The notes beneath the pieces were generated by a model, which was not told where the DNA came from, searched no databases, and was given only the letters and a program-made list of their open reading frames with translations. 64,000 nucleotides of DNA from Enterococcus columbae (GTDB lineage: Bacteria; Bacillota; Bacilli; Lactobacillales; Enterococcaceae). The translations under genes were made by a program, and so were the position numbers. Shown here piece after piece: positions 27,183 to 38,643 of this stretch. Location: the NCBI GenBank assembly GCA_020742395.1, contig DYWZ01000018.1, positions 19,552 through 83,551 on the forward strand, read 5' to 3'. The first letter of the stretch is position 1. Every line of letters begins with the position of its first letter.

Positions 27183-27998
27183 ATGCGAGAATGGACTACA
27201 ATCAAAACTTATGATGAGATTTTATTTGAACAACATGGCAAAGTGGCTAAAATTACTATCAATCGTCCACATGTGCACAATGCGTTTACACCCAAAACGG
27301 TAGCTGAAATGATTGAGGCTTTCACGATTTGTCGTGATCGTGCAGATATTGGGGTTATTATTTTAACAGGTGCTGGAGATTTAGCCTTTTGTTCTGGTGG
27401 CGATCAAAAAGTTCGCGGTCATGGTGGTTATGTAGGAGAAGACCAAATTCCACGTTTGAATGTATTAGATTTACAACGTTTAATTCGAGTGATTCCAAAG
27501 CCAGTAATTGCCATGGTTAAAGGTTGGTCAATTGGTGGTGGTAATGTGTTACAACTTGTTTGTGATATTACAATTGCCGCCGACAATGCTAAATTCGGTC
27601 AAACTGGACCAAATGTAGGTAGTTTTGATGGCGGTTATGGTTCAGGCTATCTAGCACGAGTGATTGGTCATAAAAAAGCCAAAGAAGTATGGTTTATGAC
27701 TCGTCAATATACTGCCAAAGAAGCTTTGGAAATGAATTGGATCAATACGGTAGTTCCATTAGAACAAGTCGAAGACGAAACGATGGCTTGGGCAGAGGAA
27801 ATGTTGAAGAAGAGTCCGCTTGCGTTACGAATGATTAAAGCGGCAATGAATGCTGATACCGATGGCTTAGCGGGTATTCAACAATTAGCCGGCGATGCGA
27901 CATTATTGTATTATACAATGGATGAAGCAAAAGAAGGGCGCGATGCCTTCAAAGAAAAGAGAGAACCAAACTTTGATCAATTTCCAAAATTCCCATAA
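27183..27998 (+). CDS. menB: 1,4-dihydroxy-2-naphthoyl-CoA synthase
   Basis: [31 protein letters not shown]. Confidence 0.97.
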   Translation: MREWTTIKTYDEILFEQHGKVAKITINRPHVHNAFTPKTVAEMIEAFTICRDRADIGVIILTGAGDLAFCSGGDQKVRGHGGYVGEDQIPRLNVLDLQRLIRVIPKPVIAMVKGWSIGGGNVLQLVCDITIAADNAKFGQTGPNVGSFDGGYGSGYLARVIGHKKAKEVWFMTRQYTAKEALEMNWINTVVPLEQVEDETMAWAEEMLKKSPLALRMIKAAMNADTDGLAGIQQLAGDATLLYYTMDEAKEGRDAFKEKREPNFDQFPKFP

Positions 27999-29484
27999 AG
28001 AGCTGCATAGTTGGCTACAAAAACAAGCACAAAAGCACCCCGAACAAGTAGCTCTGTATGCTGAAAACCAAACTTATACCTTTAATGAATTAAATCAACG
28101 TGTGCAAAAACTTGCACACGTTTGGTTTGATTATCTACCTAAATCCTTAGATCAGAATTATCTAGCAATTCTTGGCGAAAATAGCTTGGGTTATATCGAA
28201 AATACCTTGGCTTTTTGGGAGCTAGGTTGGGCGATTCAGTGCCTCAATCGGCGTTTAAGCGTTGAAGAAATGATTAGTCAATTAAAAAATAGTCAGTGTC
28301 AAGGGTTGTTAGATTTGACGTTGGATGTTCATCGTCGAGAAAAAATCGCCAAAGCCTTACCTGAATTAAAAATTTTTACGGCGATTCCTGAGGAAGTACT
28401 AGCTAAACAACACGTCATACAACCTATCGATTTAGGGTATCGTCTAGAGCAAGTAGCCTCTTTAATGTATACGTCAGGGACTACAGCTAATGCCAAAGGG
28501 GTGCCGCAAAAATTTAAACATCATTTAGCAAGTATTCAAGCGACCAAGGAAAGTTTACAAGTGGATGCTAGTGATTGTTGGCTATGTGCAGTTCCCTTAT
28601 TTCATATCAGTGGCCTATCGATTGTGCTTAGAAGTTTAGTGATCGGACATAGCCTACGTTTATATGCTAAGTTTGAGGCAGCTAGGATTCATCAGGACTT
28701 ATTAACTGGTCAAGGGACTATTTTTTCCGCAGTTACTAAAATGCTCCAAGATTTAGTTCCGATGGTTCCTGATGAAGGTTATCCAAAAAGTATGAAGGCG
28801 ATTTTGCTTGGTGGCGGACCTGTTAGTTTGCAATTATTGCAAGAATGTCATAAAAAGCAATTACCTGTCATGCAATCTTACGGGATGACTGAAAGTTGTT
28901 CGCAAGTCTTTGCGTTACCTTTTGCTGATTCCTTAAGAAAAATCGGTTCAGCCGGCAAACCATTAGGAAAAATGCAATGCAAGATTGTACCGACTTTAAA
29001 TGATTCAAAGATTGGTGAAATTTTGTTAAAAGGGCCCAATATTGTCGATAATTATCTTCATCAACAATTTAGTGAAAGATGGCGTGAAGATGGCTGGTTT
29101 CATACTGGTGATTTAGGTTATTTGGACGAGGAAGGGTATTTGTATTTAGTGAGCCGTTTGAGTGAATTAATTATTTCTGGTGGGGAAAATATTTACCCTA
29201 ATGAAATTGAACAACACTTAATCAAACATCCCGATGTAAAAGAAGCCATAGTGGTTGGTGAAAATGATACGACTTGGGGCCAAGTGCCAATTGCTTTTTT
29301 ACAATTACATACGCAAAAGGCTGATACTTTTGATTTAACTTCCATATACGATTATTTACAGCCGCTAGCTCGTTATAAGTGGCCTAAGGCGCTATATCTA
29401 GTAAAAGATTTTCCACGAACTGCTAGTGGGAAGATTCAAAAGAGAAAACTGTTAACGCAAGAAAGAGTGAATTTCCTTGAATAA
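27943..29484 (+). CDS. menE: o-succinylbenzoate-CoA ligase (start uncertain)
   Basis: [36 protein letters not shown]. Confidence 0.88.
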   Translation: MPSKKRENQTLINFQNSHKELHSWLQKQAQKHPEQVALYAENQTYTFNELNQRVQKLAHVWFDYLPKSLDQNYLAILGENSLGYIENTLAFWELGWAIQCLNRRLSVEEMISQLKNSQCQGLLDLTLDVHRREKIAKALPELKIFTAIPEEVLAKQHVIQPIDLGYRLEQVASLMYTSGTTANAKGVPQKFKHHLASIQATKESLQVDASDCWLCAVPLFHISGLSIVLRSLVIGHSLRLYAKFEAARIHQDLLTGQGTIFSAVTKMLQDLVPMVPDEGYPKSMKAILLGGGPVSLQLLQECHKKQLPVMQSYGMTESCSQVFALPFADSLRKIGSAGKPLGKMQCKIVPTLNDSKIGEILLKGPNIVDNYLHQQFSERWREDGWFHTGDLGYLDEEGYLYLVSRLSELIISGGENIYPNEIEQHLIKHPDVKEAIVVGENDTTWGQVPIAFLQLHTQKADTFDLTSIYDYLQPLARYKWPKALYLVKDFPRTASGKIQKRKLLTQERVNFLE

Positions 29485-30895
29485 GTCAGGTGAATATTTG
29501 ACCAACGAAAATGTAAAAGAGACTTATTATTATAGTTTCAGCGAAGAAATAGCCAAGCTAGATTTTTTAGCTTTATTTGAACAAGCCGAACAAGCACAAT
29601 GGTCGAAATTTTTTTGGCAAACGCCTAGTCAAGATGAACAATTTTTAGGCTTAGGCACATTGGCTAGTTATCAAGAAGTGAGCATTGCTGCTTTACAACA
29701 AATCAAGGCACAATTAGCTAGTCGTTGGCAAACGATTAATCCAATCAAAAATTTTGAAGAATCTAAACTACCGCAAGCGATTTTATTTGGTGGTTTAGCT
29801 TTTGATGAACAAGCCGGACAATCTACTATTTGGCAAGAATTAGCGCAAGGCTATTTTGTAGTGCCGGCTATTTTATTGCAAAAAACACCAAGTCATACTT
29901 ATGTTCATTATAATGTCCAAGCAAAAGATTTAGACAGTGCAAAAGTAGCCTATGAGCAGTTAAAAAAAGCGTTTATTACCTTACAATCTGCTAGTTTGCA
30001 AGCTAAAGTTAAATTAGCACCGGCTTTAAAAGCACCGATTACTTGGCAATATGTTGAAGAAGAGGCTTGGTTACAATTAGCTAAAAAAACCATTGCACAG
30101 TTACGCCAAAGTAATACCACTTTAAAAAAAGTTGTCTTAGCTCGACGCTTACAATTTGAAGCAAGTCATTTTAAAGCGAGTTGTTGGTTGGCCAATTTAA
30201 TTAGCCAACAACCTAATACCTATCGCTTTTTCCTTGAAGGAGCTAGTCGAATTTTTGCTGGAGCTACGCCAGAGCGTTTGTTAAAAGCGACGGCTACGCA
30301 TTTTCAAACGGCAAGTGTGGCGGGTTCGATTCGTCGAGGCAAGACTATCAGTGAAGATGAACAGCTAGCTGAACAATTACTAAATGATCCTAAAAATAGC
30401 CACGAGCATCAAATCGTAGTCGCTAGAATTGAAAGACAGCTAGCTGATTATATTGAAGGCCGTTTAACGCTTGGCAAACGGACGATTTTAAAAAATCGCA
30501 TGATTCAGCATATCTTTTTACCATTAGCAGGGAAACGTAAAGCTGAAGTAGACTTTTTAAGTGTAATCAAAGCCTTACATCCAACCCCTGCCCTAGGTGG
30601 AGAGCCTAAAAAGGACGCTATGGATTGGTTGCGCCAATATGAAGGCTTTCATCGAGGACTATATGGCGCGCCTATTGGCTGGCAGTCGATTTTAAGTGAT
30701 GAAGGTGAGTTTGCTGTGGGGATTCGCTCAGCAGTCATTGCTAAAGATCAACCAGATTCTTATGGTCAATTATTTGCTGGTTGTGGTATTGTAGCTGATT
30801 CTAATGCTGAAGAAGAATTACAGGAAACGGCCTTAAAATTTGAACCAATGAAAAGGAGTTTGGCAATCAATGAACCATCAACAAGTGATGACTGA
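29477..30895 (+). CDS. menF: Isochorismate synthase
   Basis: KVVLAR, GATPERL, LHPTPALGG, AGCGIV. Confidence 0.92.
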   Translation: MNKSGEYLTNENVKETYYYSFSEEIAKLDFLALFEQAEQAQWSKFFWQTPSQDEQFLGLGTLASYQEVSIAALQQIKAQLASRWQTINPIKNFEESKLPQAILFGGLAFDEQAGQSTIWQELAQGYFVVPAILLQKTPSHTYVHYNVQAKDLDSAKVAYEQLKKAFITLQSASLQAKVKLAPALKAPITWQYVEEEAWLQLAKKTIAQLRQSNTTLKKVVLARRLQFEASHFKASCWLANLISQQPNTYRFFLEGASRIFAGATPERLLKATATHFQTASVAGSIRRGKTISEDEQLAEQLLNDPKNSHEHQIVVARIERQLADYIEGRLTLGKRTILKNRMIQHIFLPLAGKRKAEVDFLSVIKALHPTPALGGEPKKDAMDWLRQYEGFHRGLYGAPIGWQSILSDEGEFAVGIRSAVIAKDQPDSYGQLFAGCGIVADSNAEEELQETALKFEPMKRSLAINEPSTSDD

Positions 30896-32615
30896 GTATC
30901 TTTTGGCTTTTATTGAAGGCTTGAAACAAGCTGAAATAAAAGAAGTAGTCATTAGTCCGGGTTCGCGTTCGACCCCATTGGCATTGTTATTACATCGAGA
31001 TAAGGAACTTACTTGTTATGTCGATGTCGATGAACGTTCAGCGGCCTTTTTTGCGTTGGGTCTAGCTAAAGCTAAAAGAAAGGCAGTTGCTTTATTATGT
31101 ACCTCTGGAACGGCAGCTGCTAATTTTTATCCGGCAATTTGTGAAGCCTATGAAGCTCAAGTGCCTTTGGTTGTTTTAACAACTGATCGTCCGCCTGAGC
31201 TACATCAGGTACAAGCACCGCAAACAATGTCACAAAATCAGCTGTATGCCGATCATGTGAAACAAAGTAATCAAATGGCTTTACCAGAAAATAGTCCTAA
31301 TTTATTGCGCTATAGTTATTGGCAGGCTTACCAGCTGACTTTAACCGCCAATCGCCTACCACAAGGGCCAGTGCATGCAAATTTTCCCTTAAGAGAACCA
31401 TTATTGCCAGATTTGACTTTAGCATTAACCAAAGAGCAACAACAAACCTTTACAACGCACTATTTACCGATGGTTGACGCTATGATTGCTCATTTACCGA
31501 CTGAATGGCACCAATTTTTCTCGCAAAAAGGGATGATTGTAGTAGGGGGGGAATGCACCCTTCAAGAAGCTAGATATTTACATGAGCTTTCACAAAGTCT
31601 GGCTTGGCCTCTTATCGGGGATCCATTGACGCAATTAGCTAATGTGGGTATAGATAATCCTTACTATCTAAAACAAGCGGATGTCATTTTCCAAGAGACC
31701 AATGATTTACCGACACCTGAGATTGTTTTGCGCTTTGGCAAATTACCGGTAACTAAAAATGTCATGCTTTATTTACAAAAACTCTCTTCTTTGACAACTT
31801 GTCAAATTTTAATTGATGAAAGTCAAAGCTGGCCAGATCCGTTGCATATTTGCCAGTATTTATTACCCTGGTCGATTGCCGCTTTTACACAGGCTGCTAA
31901 AACATTAGTCGCTCAGTCAGTACATTCTTTGCAACAAACATGGGGAAATTTTTGGCAACAGCGCCAACTATTAGCGAATCAAGCAGTTTCTTATCATTTG
32001 GCTAAACAATCTTTTGACGATTCTAAAGCTAGTGTGTTATTAGCGGCATTTGTGAATGAAAACGAGCATTTGTTTGTATCCAATAGTAATGCGATTCGCT
32101 TAGTGGACCGACTAGCCGAAGTTGCCAAACAGTCTTATCAAACTTGGGGGAATCGAGGAGTCAATGGTATTGATGGAATTATTTCAACCGTAGCAGGCAT
32201 TGCTAGTGCAACGCAACAACGACTTTATCTATTAGTAGGAGACTTGACCCTTTTCCATGATATGAATGGGTTACAAATGATTCAAAAATATCAACTTCCT
32301 GTAACGATTGTCTTATTAAATAATAATAGTGGTGGTATTTTTTCATTCTTATCTCAACGGCAGCTAGCACCTAGTGACTTTGATCCATTATTTGCGACTG
32401 CTTTAGATTTATCGTTTGAAAAAGTTGCTCAATTATATCAAATCCCTTATTATCAAGTAGCTAGTGAGCAAACATTTTTGACGGCCTTAGCCCAAAGTCG
32501 CGACAGTAGGCAAGCTACTTTCATTGAAGTCAAAAGTACTGCTGATTTACCGGTAGCACTTTGGCAAGATATCTTAGCGACTTATCAGCAAAATCTCCTA
32601 AAAGTAAAGGAATGA
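30870..32615 (+). CDS. menD: SEPHCHC synthase
   Basis: SPGSRSTPL, DERSAAFFALG, NRGVNGIDG, GDLTLFHD. Confidence 0.95.
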   Translation: MNHQQVMTEYLLAFIEGLKQAEIKEVVISPGSRSTPLALLLHRDKELTCYVDVDERSAAFFALGLAKAKRKAVALLCTSGTAAANFYPAICEAYEAQVPLVVLTTDRPPELHQVQAPQTMSQNQLYADHVKQSNQMALPENSPNLLRYSYWQAYQLTLTANRLPQGPVHANFPLREPLLPDLTLALTKEQQQTFTTHYLPMVDAMIAHLPTEWHQFFSQKGMIVVGGECTLQEARYLHELSQSLAWPLIGDPLTQLANVGIDNPYYLKQADVIFQETNDLPTPEIVLRFGKLPVTKNVMLYLQKLSSLTTCQILIDESQSWPDPLHICQYLLPWSIAAFTQAAKTLVAQSVHSLQQTWGNFWQQRQLLANQAVSYHLAKQSFDDSKASVLLAAFVNENEHLFVSNSNAIRLVDRLAEVAKQSYQTWGNRGVNGIDGIISTVAGIASATQQRLYLLVGDLTLFHDMNGLQMIQKYQLPVTIVLLNNNSGGIFSFLSQRQLAPSDFDPLFATALDLSFEKVAQLYQIPYYQVASEQTFLTALAQSRDSRQATFIEVKSTADLPVALWQDILATYQQNLLKVKE

Positions 32616-32619
32616 AACG

Positions 32620-33462
32620 ATGAAAATAATCATTCGGAAAGCCGAATATGCGTATGAATGGCTCAATGGTTTTGAAGTGAATCGGCCCACAGTTATCTGT
32701 TTACACGGTTTTTTGGGGACGAGTCAGACATTTGCTTGCTTAAAAAATCAAAGCTTTGCGAATATTTTAGCGATTGATCTACTAGGGCATGGGCAATCTA
32801 GCATTTATCTTCCGGCTTATCGCTATGCCATGAGTGAATTAATTGCTGATTTATCGTCATTAACCCAACACTTAGAATTAGAAAACTATTATTTACTAGG
32901 CTATTCCATGGGCAGTCGAGTAGCTTTAGCTTGGAGTTTAACGTATCCTAACAAAGTTTTAGGTCTAGTGATGGAAGCAGGAATTCCTGGTATTAAGGGG
33001 GCAGAAGATCGAGTGAAACGTCGTAAGCATGATCAAAAATGGGTGAACGCTTTAAAAAGTCGCTCGATGGCAGAGTTTGTGACCAAATGGCAAGCGCAAG
33101 CTTTATTTAACAGTCAGCGCAATTTACCCCTAGACATACAACAAGCGAATTTTTTAAGTAAAGTTAGTCAATCAGCCTATGGGATGCAGATGAGTTTAAT
33201 GCAGATGGGTAGCGGTGCCCAGCAAAATTATTGGCCTCAATTATCTCAAAAAGGCACATTTCCATTACTTTATCTAGCAGGCAACCTTGATAGCAAATAT
33301 TGTTCAATTGGTAAGCAAGTAGTTGCTGCTTGGGCTCATCCTAAAGCAAGTCTTGAAGTGATTGCACAGGCCGGTCACTGTGTGCATTTAGAACAACCTG
33401 AAAGCTTTAAGCAAACAGTGATGCAATGGCTAAAAACAATCCATGAAAACCAACCGAGGTGA
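32620..33462 (+). CDS. menH: SHCHC synthase (alpha/beta hydrolase)
   Basis: LHGFLG, GYSMGSR, AGHCVH. Confidence 0.9.
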   Translation: MKIIIRKAEYAYEWLNGFEVNRPTVICLHGFLGTSQTFACLKNQSFANILAIDLLGHGQSSIYLPAYRYAMSELIADLSSLTQHLELENYYLLGYSMGSRVALAWSLTYPNKVLGLVMEAGIPGIKGAEDRVKRRKHDQKWVNALKSRSMAEFVTKWQAQALFNSQRNLPLDIQQANFLSKVSQSAYGMQMSLMQMGSGAQQNYWPQLSQKGTFPLLYLAGNLDSKYCSIGKQVVAAWAHPKASLEVIAQAGHCVHLEQPESFKQTVMQWLKTIHENQPR

Positions 33463-33466
33463 ATAG

Positions 33467-34582
33467 ATGAAAATTATAGCCGTTCAGTATTATCAATTAA
33501 AGATTCCTTTTAAGGCACCGATTCAAACGAGTTATGGCTGCTTAAATGATAAATATGTGGATATCCTTGTATTAGTTGATGAAGAGGGCCAAATCGGTCT
33601 AGGTGAGTTAACTGCTTTACAACATCCTGATTATATCGACGAATATTTAATCGGAGAGCGCCAAATTATACACAATTATTTAATCCCTTGGTTATTTCAG
33701 CAATCTTGGGCAACGGTTGAAGACTTTTGTTTACAAATGCAAAAAATTCGCGGACATCGGATGGCTAAAGCGGCCGTAGAAATGGCTCTAATGGATTTAC
33801 AAGCAAAATTAGCTAAGAAAAGTTTGGCCGATTATTTGCCGGATAGTCAGCCTTTTTTACAGCCTGGGATTAGCTTAGGCATTGAAACAGATTTAGCTAA
33901 ATTATTGGCAAAAGTTGATCAAGCTATTGCTCAAGGTTATCAACGGGTGAAATTAAAAATTCGTCCAGGCTATGATTATCAACCATTAGCGTATATTCGC
34001 CAAAAGTATCCTGATTTATGCTTGATGGCCGATGCGAATTCCGCTTATCAAGGGCAAGCGCAGGAGTTAAAAGCGTTAGATGAGTTAGCTTTAGCAATGA
34101 TTGAACAACCTTTAGCCATTGATGATTTCACTGAGCATGCCCAATTACAAAGAGTTCTGAAAACGCCTTTATGCCTCGATGAAAATGTCCGCTCTTTAGC
34201 TGATTTACAAACCATCGTGGCCTTGGGGAGTGCGCAAGTGATTAATCTAAAAATTCCGCGTGTAGGTGGTTTATTAAATGCTCAGACTATGCTTAAATTT
34301 TGCCAAGAAAATGGCTTAAAAGTTTGGGTAGGGGGTATGTATGAAGCGGGTATTGCTCGAGCTTTTCACTTACATTTTGCTGCCCAAAACCATTTTAGTT
34401 ATCCAACCGATTTAGCAGGTTTTGATCATTATTTTGCCGAAGATATTATCACTGAACCTATTCGTATGCAATCCGGTAAAATCCAAGTGCCTAGATCACT
34501 TGGCATTGGTGTACATTTAGATGAAGAGAAAATTGCTAAGTACTGTTATCAAAAACAAGAATTTTTAGCGGGAAAATCATAA
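33467..34582 (+). CDS. menC: o-succinylbenzoate synthase
   Basis: KLKI, DAN, IEQP, LDE, NLK enolase-superfamily motifs. Confidence 0.9.
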   Translation: MKIIAVQYYQLKIPFKAPIQTSYGCLNDKYVDILVLVDEEGQIGLGELTALQHPDYIDEYLIGERQIIHNYLIPWLFQQSWATVEDFCLQMQKIRGHRMAKAAVEMALMDLQAKLAKKSLADYLPDSQPFLQPGISLGIETDLAKLLAKVDQAIAQGYQRVKLKIRPGYDYQPLAYIRQKYPDLCLMADANSAYQGQAQELKALDELALAMIEQPLAIDDFTEHAQLQRVLKTPLCLDENVRSLADLQTIVALGSAQVINLKIPRVGGLLNAQTMLKFCQENGLKVWVGGMYEAGIARAFHLHFAAQNHFSYPTDLAGFDHYFAEDIITEPIRMQSGKIQVPRSLGIGVHLDEEKIAKYCYQKQEFLAGKS

Positions 34583-34672
34583 AAAAGCGTATTCATAAAA
34601 GTGGAAAAGTGCTATGATTAATCTATTCGTGTAACTATACACAAATAAATATTATTTTAAGGTGGAAGATGA

Positions 34673-36202
34673 ATGGATATTTTAGCTTATCAACCATTAA
34701 ATTTGTATACCAATTATCAACAAGCCAGTCAACAATCTCCTGATGTACCTATTATTTTGGATGAAATGTTGCCGGCATTTCCAGAATTAGGCCTAGCTAG
34801 TACTTACCAAGCTAGCCATGAAGTCATTTTAAAACGTGCTTATCAATTAGCTGCTTTAGGGGTCAAAGCTAAAGATAAAGTGATCATGTATAAAAGTCCT
34901 AAATTTGATACTTATTTACTAGCAGTAGCAGCCTCTTATCTAGGGGCAGTTCCTGTAATGATTTCCTATCATTTTCCAACTGAAACCATGGAAGTCTTTG
35001 CCCAACGTTTAGAAAATCCTTTTATTATCTATGATGATGAGACCAAAGAACGTGTTTTGGCCATTAGTAATTTAGGGATTGATTGTAAAATTGCTGTTAG
35101 CCAACTTCTGGCAAGTCCTGCTACACCAGTTGAGCAGGTAACTTTAGGTCCTGATGAGATTGCCTATATGACCCATACCTCTGGCACAACAGGGATTCCT
35201 AAATTAATTTGTCATTCCTATCATTCAATGGGTTGGCGAACTACCTGGCAAAAGACCGTCTTTACCAAAATAGCTGAGAAAAAATTGGTGGCCTTTCATA
35301 TTTCGCCGGTTCATTCTCGCTTTAATATCGGGGTGTCTTCATTGATGGCGATGGCTTTTCCAATGATGCCTTTAGCGACTGCTGATGGTGAAAAGGTTGC
35401 ACAGCTTTTGGCTAAACATCAACCGATTGCTTTAGAAACGCATCCTAATAATTTTGTCCAATGGAGTTTTACTGCCCAAAAACAACCGGCAAGCTTTGCA
35501 AGCGTTCGTTACTATCACTCAACTTTTGATGCTATTAACAACAAGACCATGGAGACTTTCTTAAAAGCTAGTCAACAAGTTGATCCAATCTTTTTACAAG
35601 TTTACGGTCAAAGTGAATGTGGTCCAATGATTTTAAAAGCACATACACTTGAAAGTTTACCAACGGACAATGCTCGTGATATGGGCGTTGGTTTAGGTGA
35701 TTTAACCAAAGCTAGAATTGCCGATGAAAAAGGCAATGTCTTACCACCCAATCAAGATGGTCATATTCATTTCTTATCTAAAGGTAGAGCTTTAACTTAC
35801 TATAAAGAAGATCAACGTTTTAATGAAAATGTTTATGGTGCATGGTGGGATAGTGGCGACTATGGCTGCATGGACGAACAAGGCCATCTGTATTTAAAAG
35901 ATCGTCAGGTTGATTTGATTGAAAACATCGATAGTAATCTAGCGTTAGAAGATTTCTTATTAGATCATTTAGATTTCTTATCAGAAGTCGTTTTAGTTCG
36001 CGATAAACAAGGTCACGCCCAACCAGTAATTGCCTTAGCTCCTGATTGTGAGATGGATTGGGAAGCTTGGTGGCGACAAGTAGAGGACTTGCCTCATTTA
36101 AATGCGCCAATTATCCGTGATTTTGAAGACATCCCGCGCACCGCTACGATGAAGGTTCGTCGTTTATACATTGAGGAATTATTCAAACAAGAGCAAAATT
36201 AA
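34673..36202 (+). CDS. AMP-binding (acyl-CoA synthetase-like) enzyme
   Basis: THTSGTTGIPK, YGQSECG, SGDYG, PRTATMK. Confidence 0.85.
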   Translation: MDILAYQPLNLYTNYQQASQQSPDVPIILDEMLPAFPELGLASTYQASHEVILKRAYQLAALGVKAKDKVIMYKSPKFDTYLLAVAASYLGAVPVMISYHFPTETMEVFAQRLENPFIIYDDETKERVLAISNLGIDCKIAVSQLLASPATPVEQVTLGPDEIAYMTHTSGTTGIPKLICHSYHSMGWRTTWQKTVFTKIAEKKLVAFHISPVHSRFNIGVSSLMAMAFPMMPLATADGEKVAQLLAKHQPIALETHPNNFVQWSFTAQKQPASFASVRYYHSTFDAINNKTMETFLKASQQVDPIFLQVYGQSECGPMILKAHTLESLPTDNARDMGVGLGDLTKARIADEKGNVLPPNQDGHIHFLSKGRALTYYKEDQRFNENVYGAWWDSGDYGCMDEQGHLYLKDRQVDLIENIDSNLALEDFLLDHLDFLSEVVLVRDKQGHAQPVIALAPDCEMDWEAWWRQVEDLPHLNAPIIRDFEDIPRTATMKVRRLYIEELFKQEQN

Positions 36203-36330
36203 ATCTATCAAATCAATACATCCGTTAATCAACGTATTTTTAGCGGGTGTATTTTGTTTACATCGTAAGCCTTGCACGTAGGTAAAAATATGCTAAAATG
36301 TTAAAACAATGACCTAAGGAAGTGAAGCAA

Positions 36331-36687
36331 ATGAATATCTCACAAGTGGCTGAAAATTTAGATTTAACACCGGCGACCTTACGCTATTATGAAAAAATTG
36401 GCTTAATTCCTGATATCCAGCGCAAAAATGGCGTTCGTAATTATAATGCCCAGGATTTAGATTGGATTGAATTTATCAAGTGCATGCGCAGTGCAGGTCT
36501 ATCGATAGAAAGCTTGATAGATTATACGCGTTTATATCACGAAGGTCCACAAACGGCTGATGAACGAATGAAAATATTGATTAAAGAACGTGAATTGCTG
36601 TTTGAACGTTATCAAGAATTAAAGGATACTTTAGAACGCTTAGATGAAAAAATCGACAAATACCGTCGTGGAGAATTTTCAAAATAA
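36331..36687 (+). CDS. MerR-family regulator (AdhR-like)
   Basis: TLRYYEKIGLI, WIEFIKCMRSAGLSIE. Confidence 0.9.
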   Translation: MNISQVAENLDLTPATLRYYEKIGLIPDIQRKNGVRNYNAQDLDWIEFIKCMRSAGLSIESLIDYTRLYHEGPQTADERMKILIKERELLFERYQELKDTLERLDEKIDKYRRGEFSK

Positions 36688-36775
36688 AAAAACAAAGCGC
36701 TGAACCACAGAGATGAAAGTGGTCTAGCGCTTTATTATTTCATAAAAAGGGTAAGTGGTATTTGCTAAAATCCAA

Positions 36776-37339
36776 TTATAGTGGACAGTATACAATGGTT
36801 AAATTTGGCCAAATTTGCTGCCAATTCTTTTTCTTAACTCGCTGATTATAAAGCTTTCTACGATTAGTATCGGCCAAAAAGTAAGGAGTGGGTGCCACAA
36901 CAAAATTAAAGAGGTCCTCTACACCATATGGAATGAATAGCTCCAAAGAATGGTTCGTATTTAGCCGTGCAGCAATTGCTGTACATTTTTCGGGAAATTT
37001 AGCGATGGCATCTGTTGCACTTAGATAGGCGTTTGTATTTGGACTATGAATATGCATATAGCATTGATTCTTAATCTCCCAATTATATTGTGGATATTGC
37101 TGTTTTATTTTTCTTTCTAAGGCTAGTGTTTGGTTATAACTGATTGTTGGATCGAAAAAAACCACATCAATGTCAGAATGCTGCAAGCTGGCAGTTTATT
37201 TATTGTCACTTAAATAATCCCAAATATAGTTACGAATACATCCTGCACATAGCCAACAATCAGGTAGCTGGAAAGAACGAATAATTTCTAATAATTCTAG
37301 TAATTCTTGATTGGCTTGCAGTATTTTTTCAATCGTCAT
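36776..37339 (-). pseudogene. Nucleotidyltransferase-family (DUF925) protein with in-frame TAA at codon 48 (37198-37196)
   Basis: MTIEKIL...WLCAGCIRNYIWDYLSDNK*TASLQHSDIDVVFFD; same frame before and after the stop. Confidence 0.85.
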
Positions 37340-37498
37340 TTAGATTCCTTCTTTTTTATAGTTCAGGTTTTAAATTAAAGCTAATCTCATTCTAGAGGTA
37401 GCTAATCAATAAAGCAATATCAAAAATGAATTGAATAAGAAGAGAGACTAAAAATAGTCAGTATGAATGGCTCAGTTTGCAATCATACTGGCTATTTT

Positions 37499-38512
37499 TT
37501 ACTCTTTGATAGCAATCACTGTTTCTCGTTTGATTAATTGGTGTGGAACCACCATTCGCGCACTAGTCTGTTCATTGTTATTCAGCTTTTCAATCAGACT
37601 TTGAGTGGCCATTTTACCTAAGGCGGCTACATCGACATCGATACTGGTTAAATATGGATGAACCAAGGTAGCGAAGATGGAATTATTAAAGCTGATAACG
37701 GATAAATCCTCAGGTACTTGATAGTGGTAAAGATTGAGTAATTGGATAATCCGCATCGCAAATAAATCATCAATCACGACCAAAGCAGTAGGTTTTTTAT
37801 CCTTTAGTAGCTGTTCAAAATTAACATAATCTTCAGGTCCTTGAAAGGTTACTGCTGGATGAACGGGTAGATTGGCCAGCATCAAGGCTTTTTGGTAACC
37901 AAAATAACGCTCAAAGTAAACATTTTCTTGAGTGGTATTGGTAACAAAAAAAATGTTTTGATGTCCGTGTTGCATTAGATATTCGGTTGCTTGCTTGCCT
38001 AACAGTTGATTATCATTATCGACATAGGTAATTTTTTCTTCGTGAGTATAAGGTTGACCAATTAAGGTGAAGGGCACTTTTTCTTTCATAAGATAATTAA
38101 TAATTGGATCATGGTTATCTGAATAAGTCAAAATAAAGCCGTCGACTTGCTTTTGGCGATGCATTTGCTCCACATTGCTTAATAGGGTTTCAAAATCTAA
38201 GGCAGTTGCAATCGCGACGGTCATTCCAGCTTTACGTGCTTCTTCGTTAATCGTTTCAATCGTTTCTAAATAAAAAGGGTTGCCTAGTCGTTCTTTAGAA
38301 TCTAAAGGGGGTAGAATAATGCCAATTGCATTAGAAATCTGTTTACCAAGATTTCGCGCAGTGAGATTAGGAATATAGCCCATTTCATCCATAATGGCTC
38401 GTACTTTTTTTTTCGTTTCTTCTGAAATACTAGGATGATCATTAATCACTCGAGAAACAGTTGAAGTAGCCACCCCAGCTTTTTTGGCAACGTCTTTAAC
38501 AGTAATGCTCAT
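37499..38512 (-). CDS. malR: LacI-family maltose regulator
   Basis: TVKDVAKKAGVATSTVSRVI; next to maltose phosphorylase. Confidence 0.85.
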   Translation of the reverse strand: MSITVKDVAKKAGVATSTVSRVINDHPSISEETKKKVRAIMDEMGYIPNLTARNLGKQISNAIGIILPPLDSKERLGNPFYLETIETINEEARKAGMTVAIATALDFETLLSNVEQMHRQKQVDGFILTYSDNHDPIINYLMKEKVPFTLIGQPYTHEEKITYVDNDNQLLGKQATEYLMQHGHQNIFFVTNTTQENVYFERYFGYQKALMLANLPVHPAVTFQGPEDYVNFEQLLKDKKPTALVVIDDLFAMRIIQLLNLYHYQVPEDLSVISFNNSIFATLVHPYLTSIDVDVAALGKMATQSLIEKLNNNEQTSARMVVPHQLIKRETVIAIKE

Positions 38513-38643
38513 TTATTTTCCTCCTTGGGATAATCGTATTTATCATAGCAAAAAACTGAATAATTGCCTAGTAGATAGAATAAGAAAAAGATTATAGCCA
38601 AAGTAGTAGGACCAACTTTAGCTATAATCTAAAAGGGTGTCTA

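Noticed and set aside
26585-34582. Order menI/menB-E-F-D-H-C as a novel arrangement
   Set aside because: As I recall it matches the E. faecalis cluster; treated as ordinary
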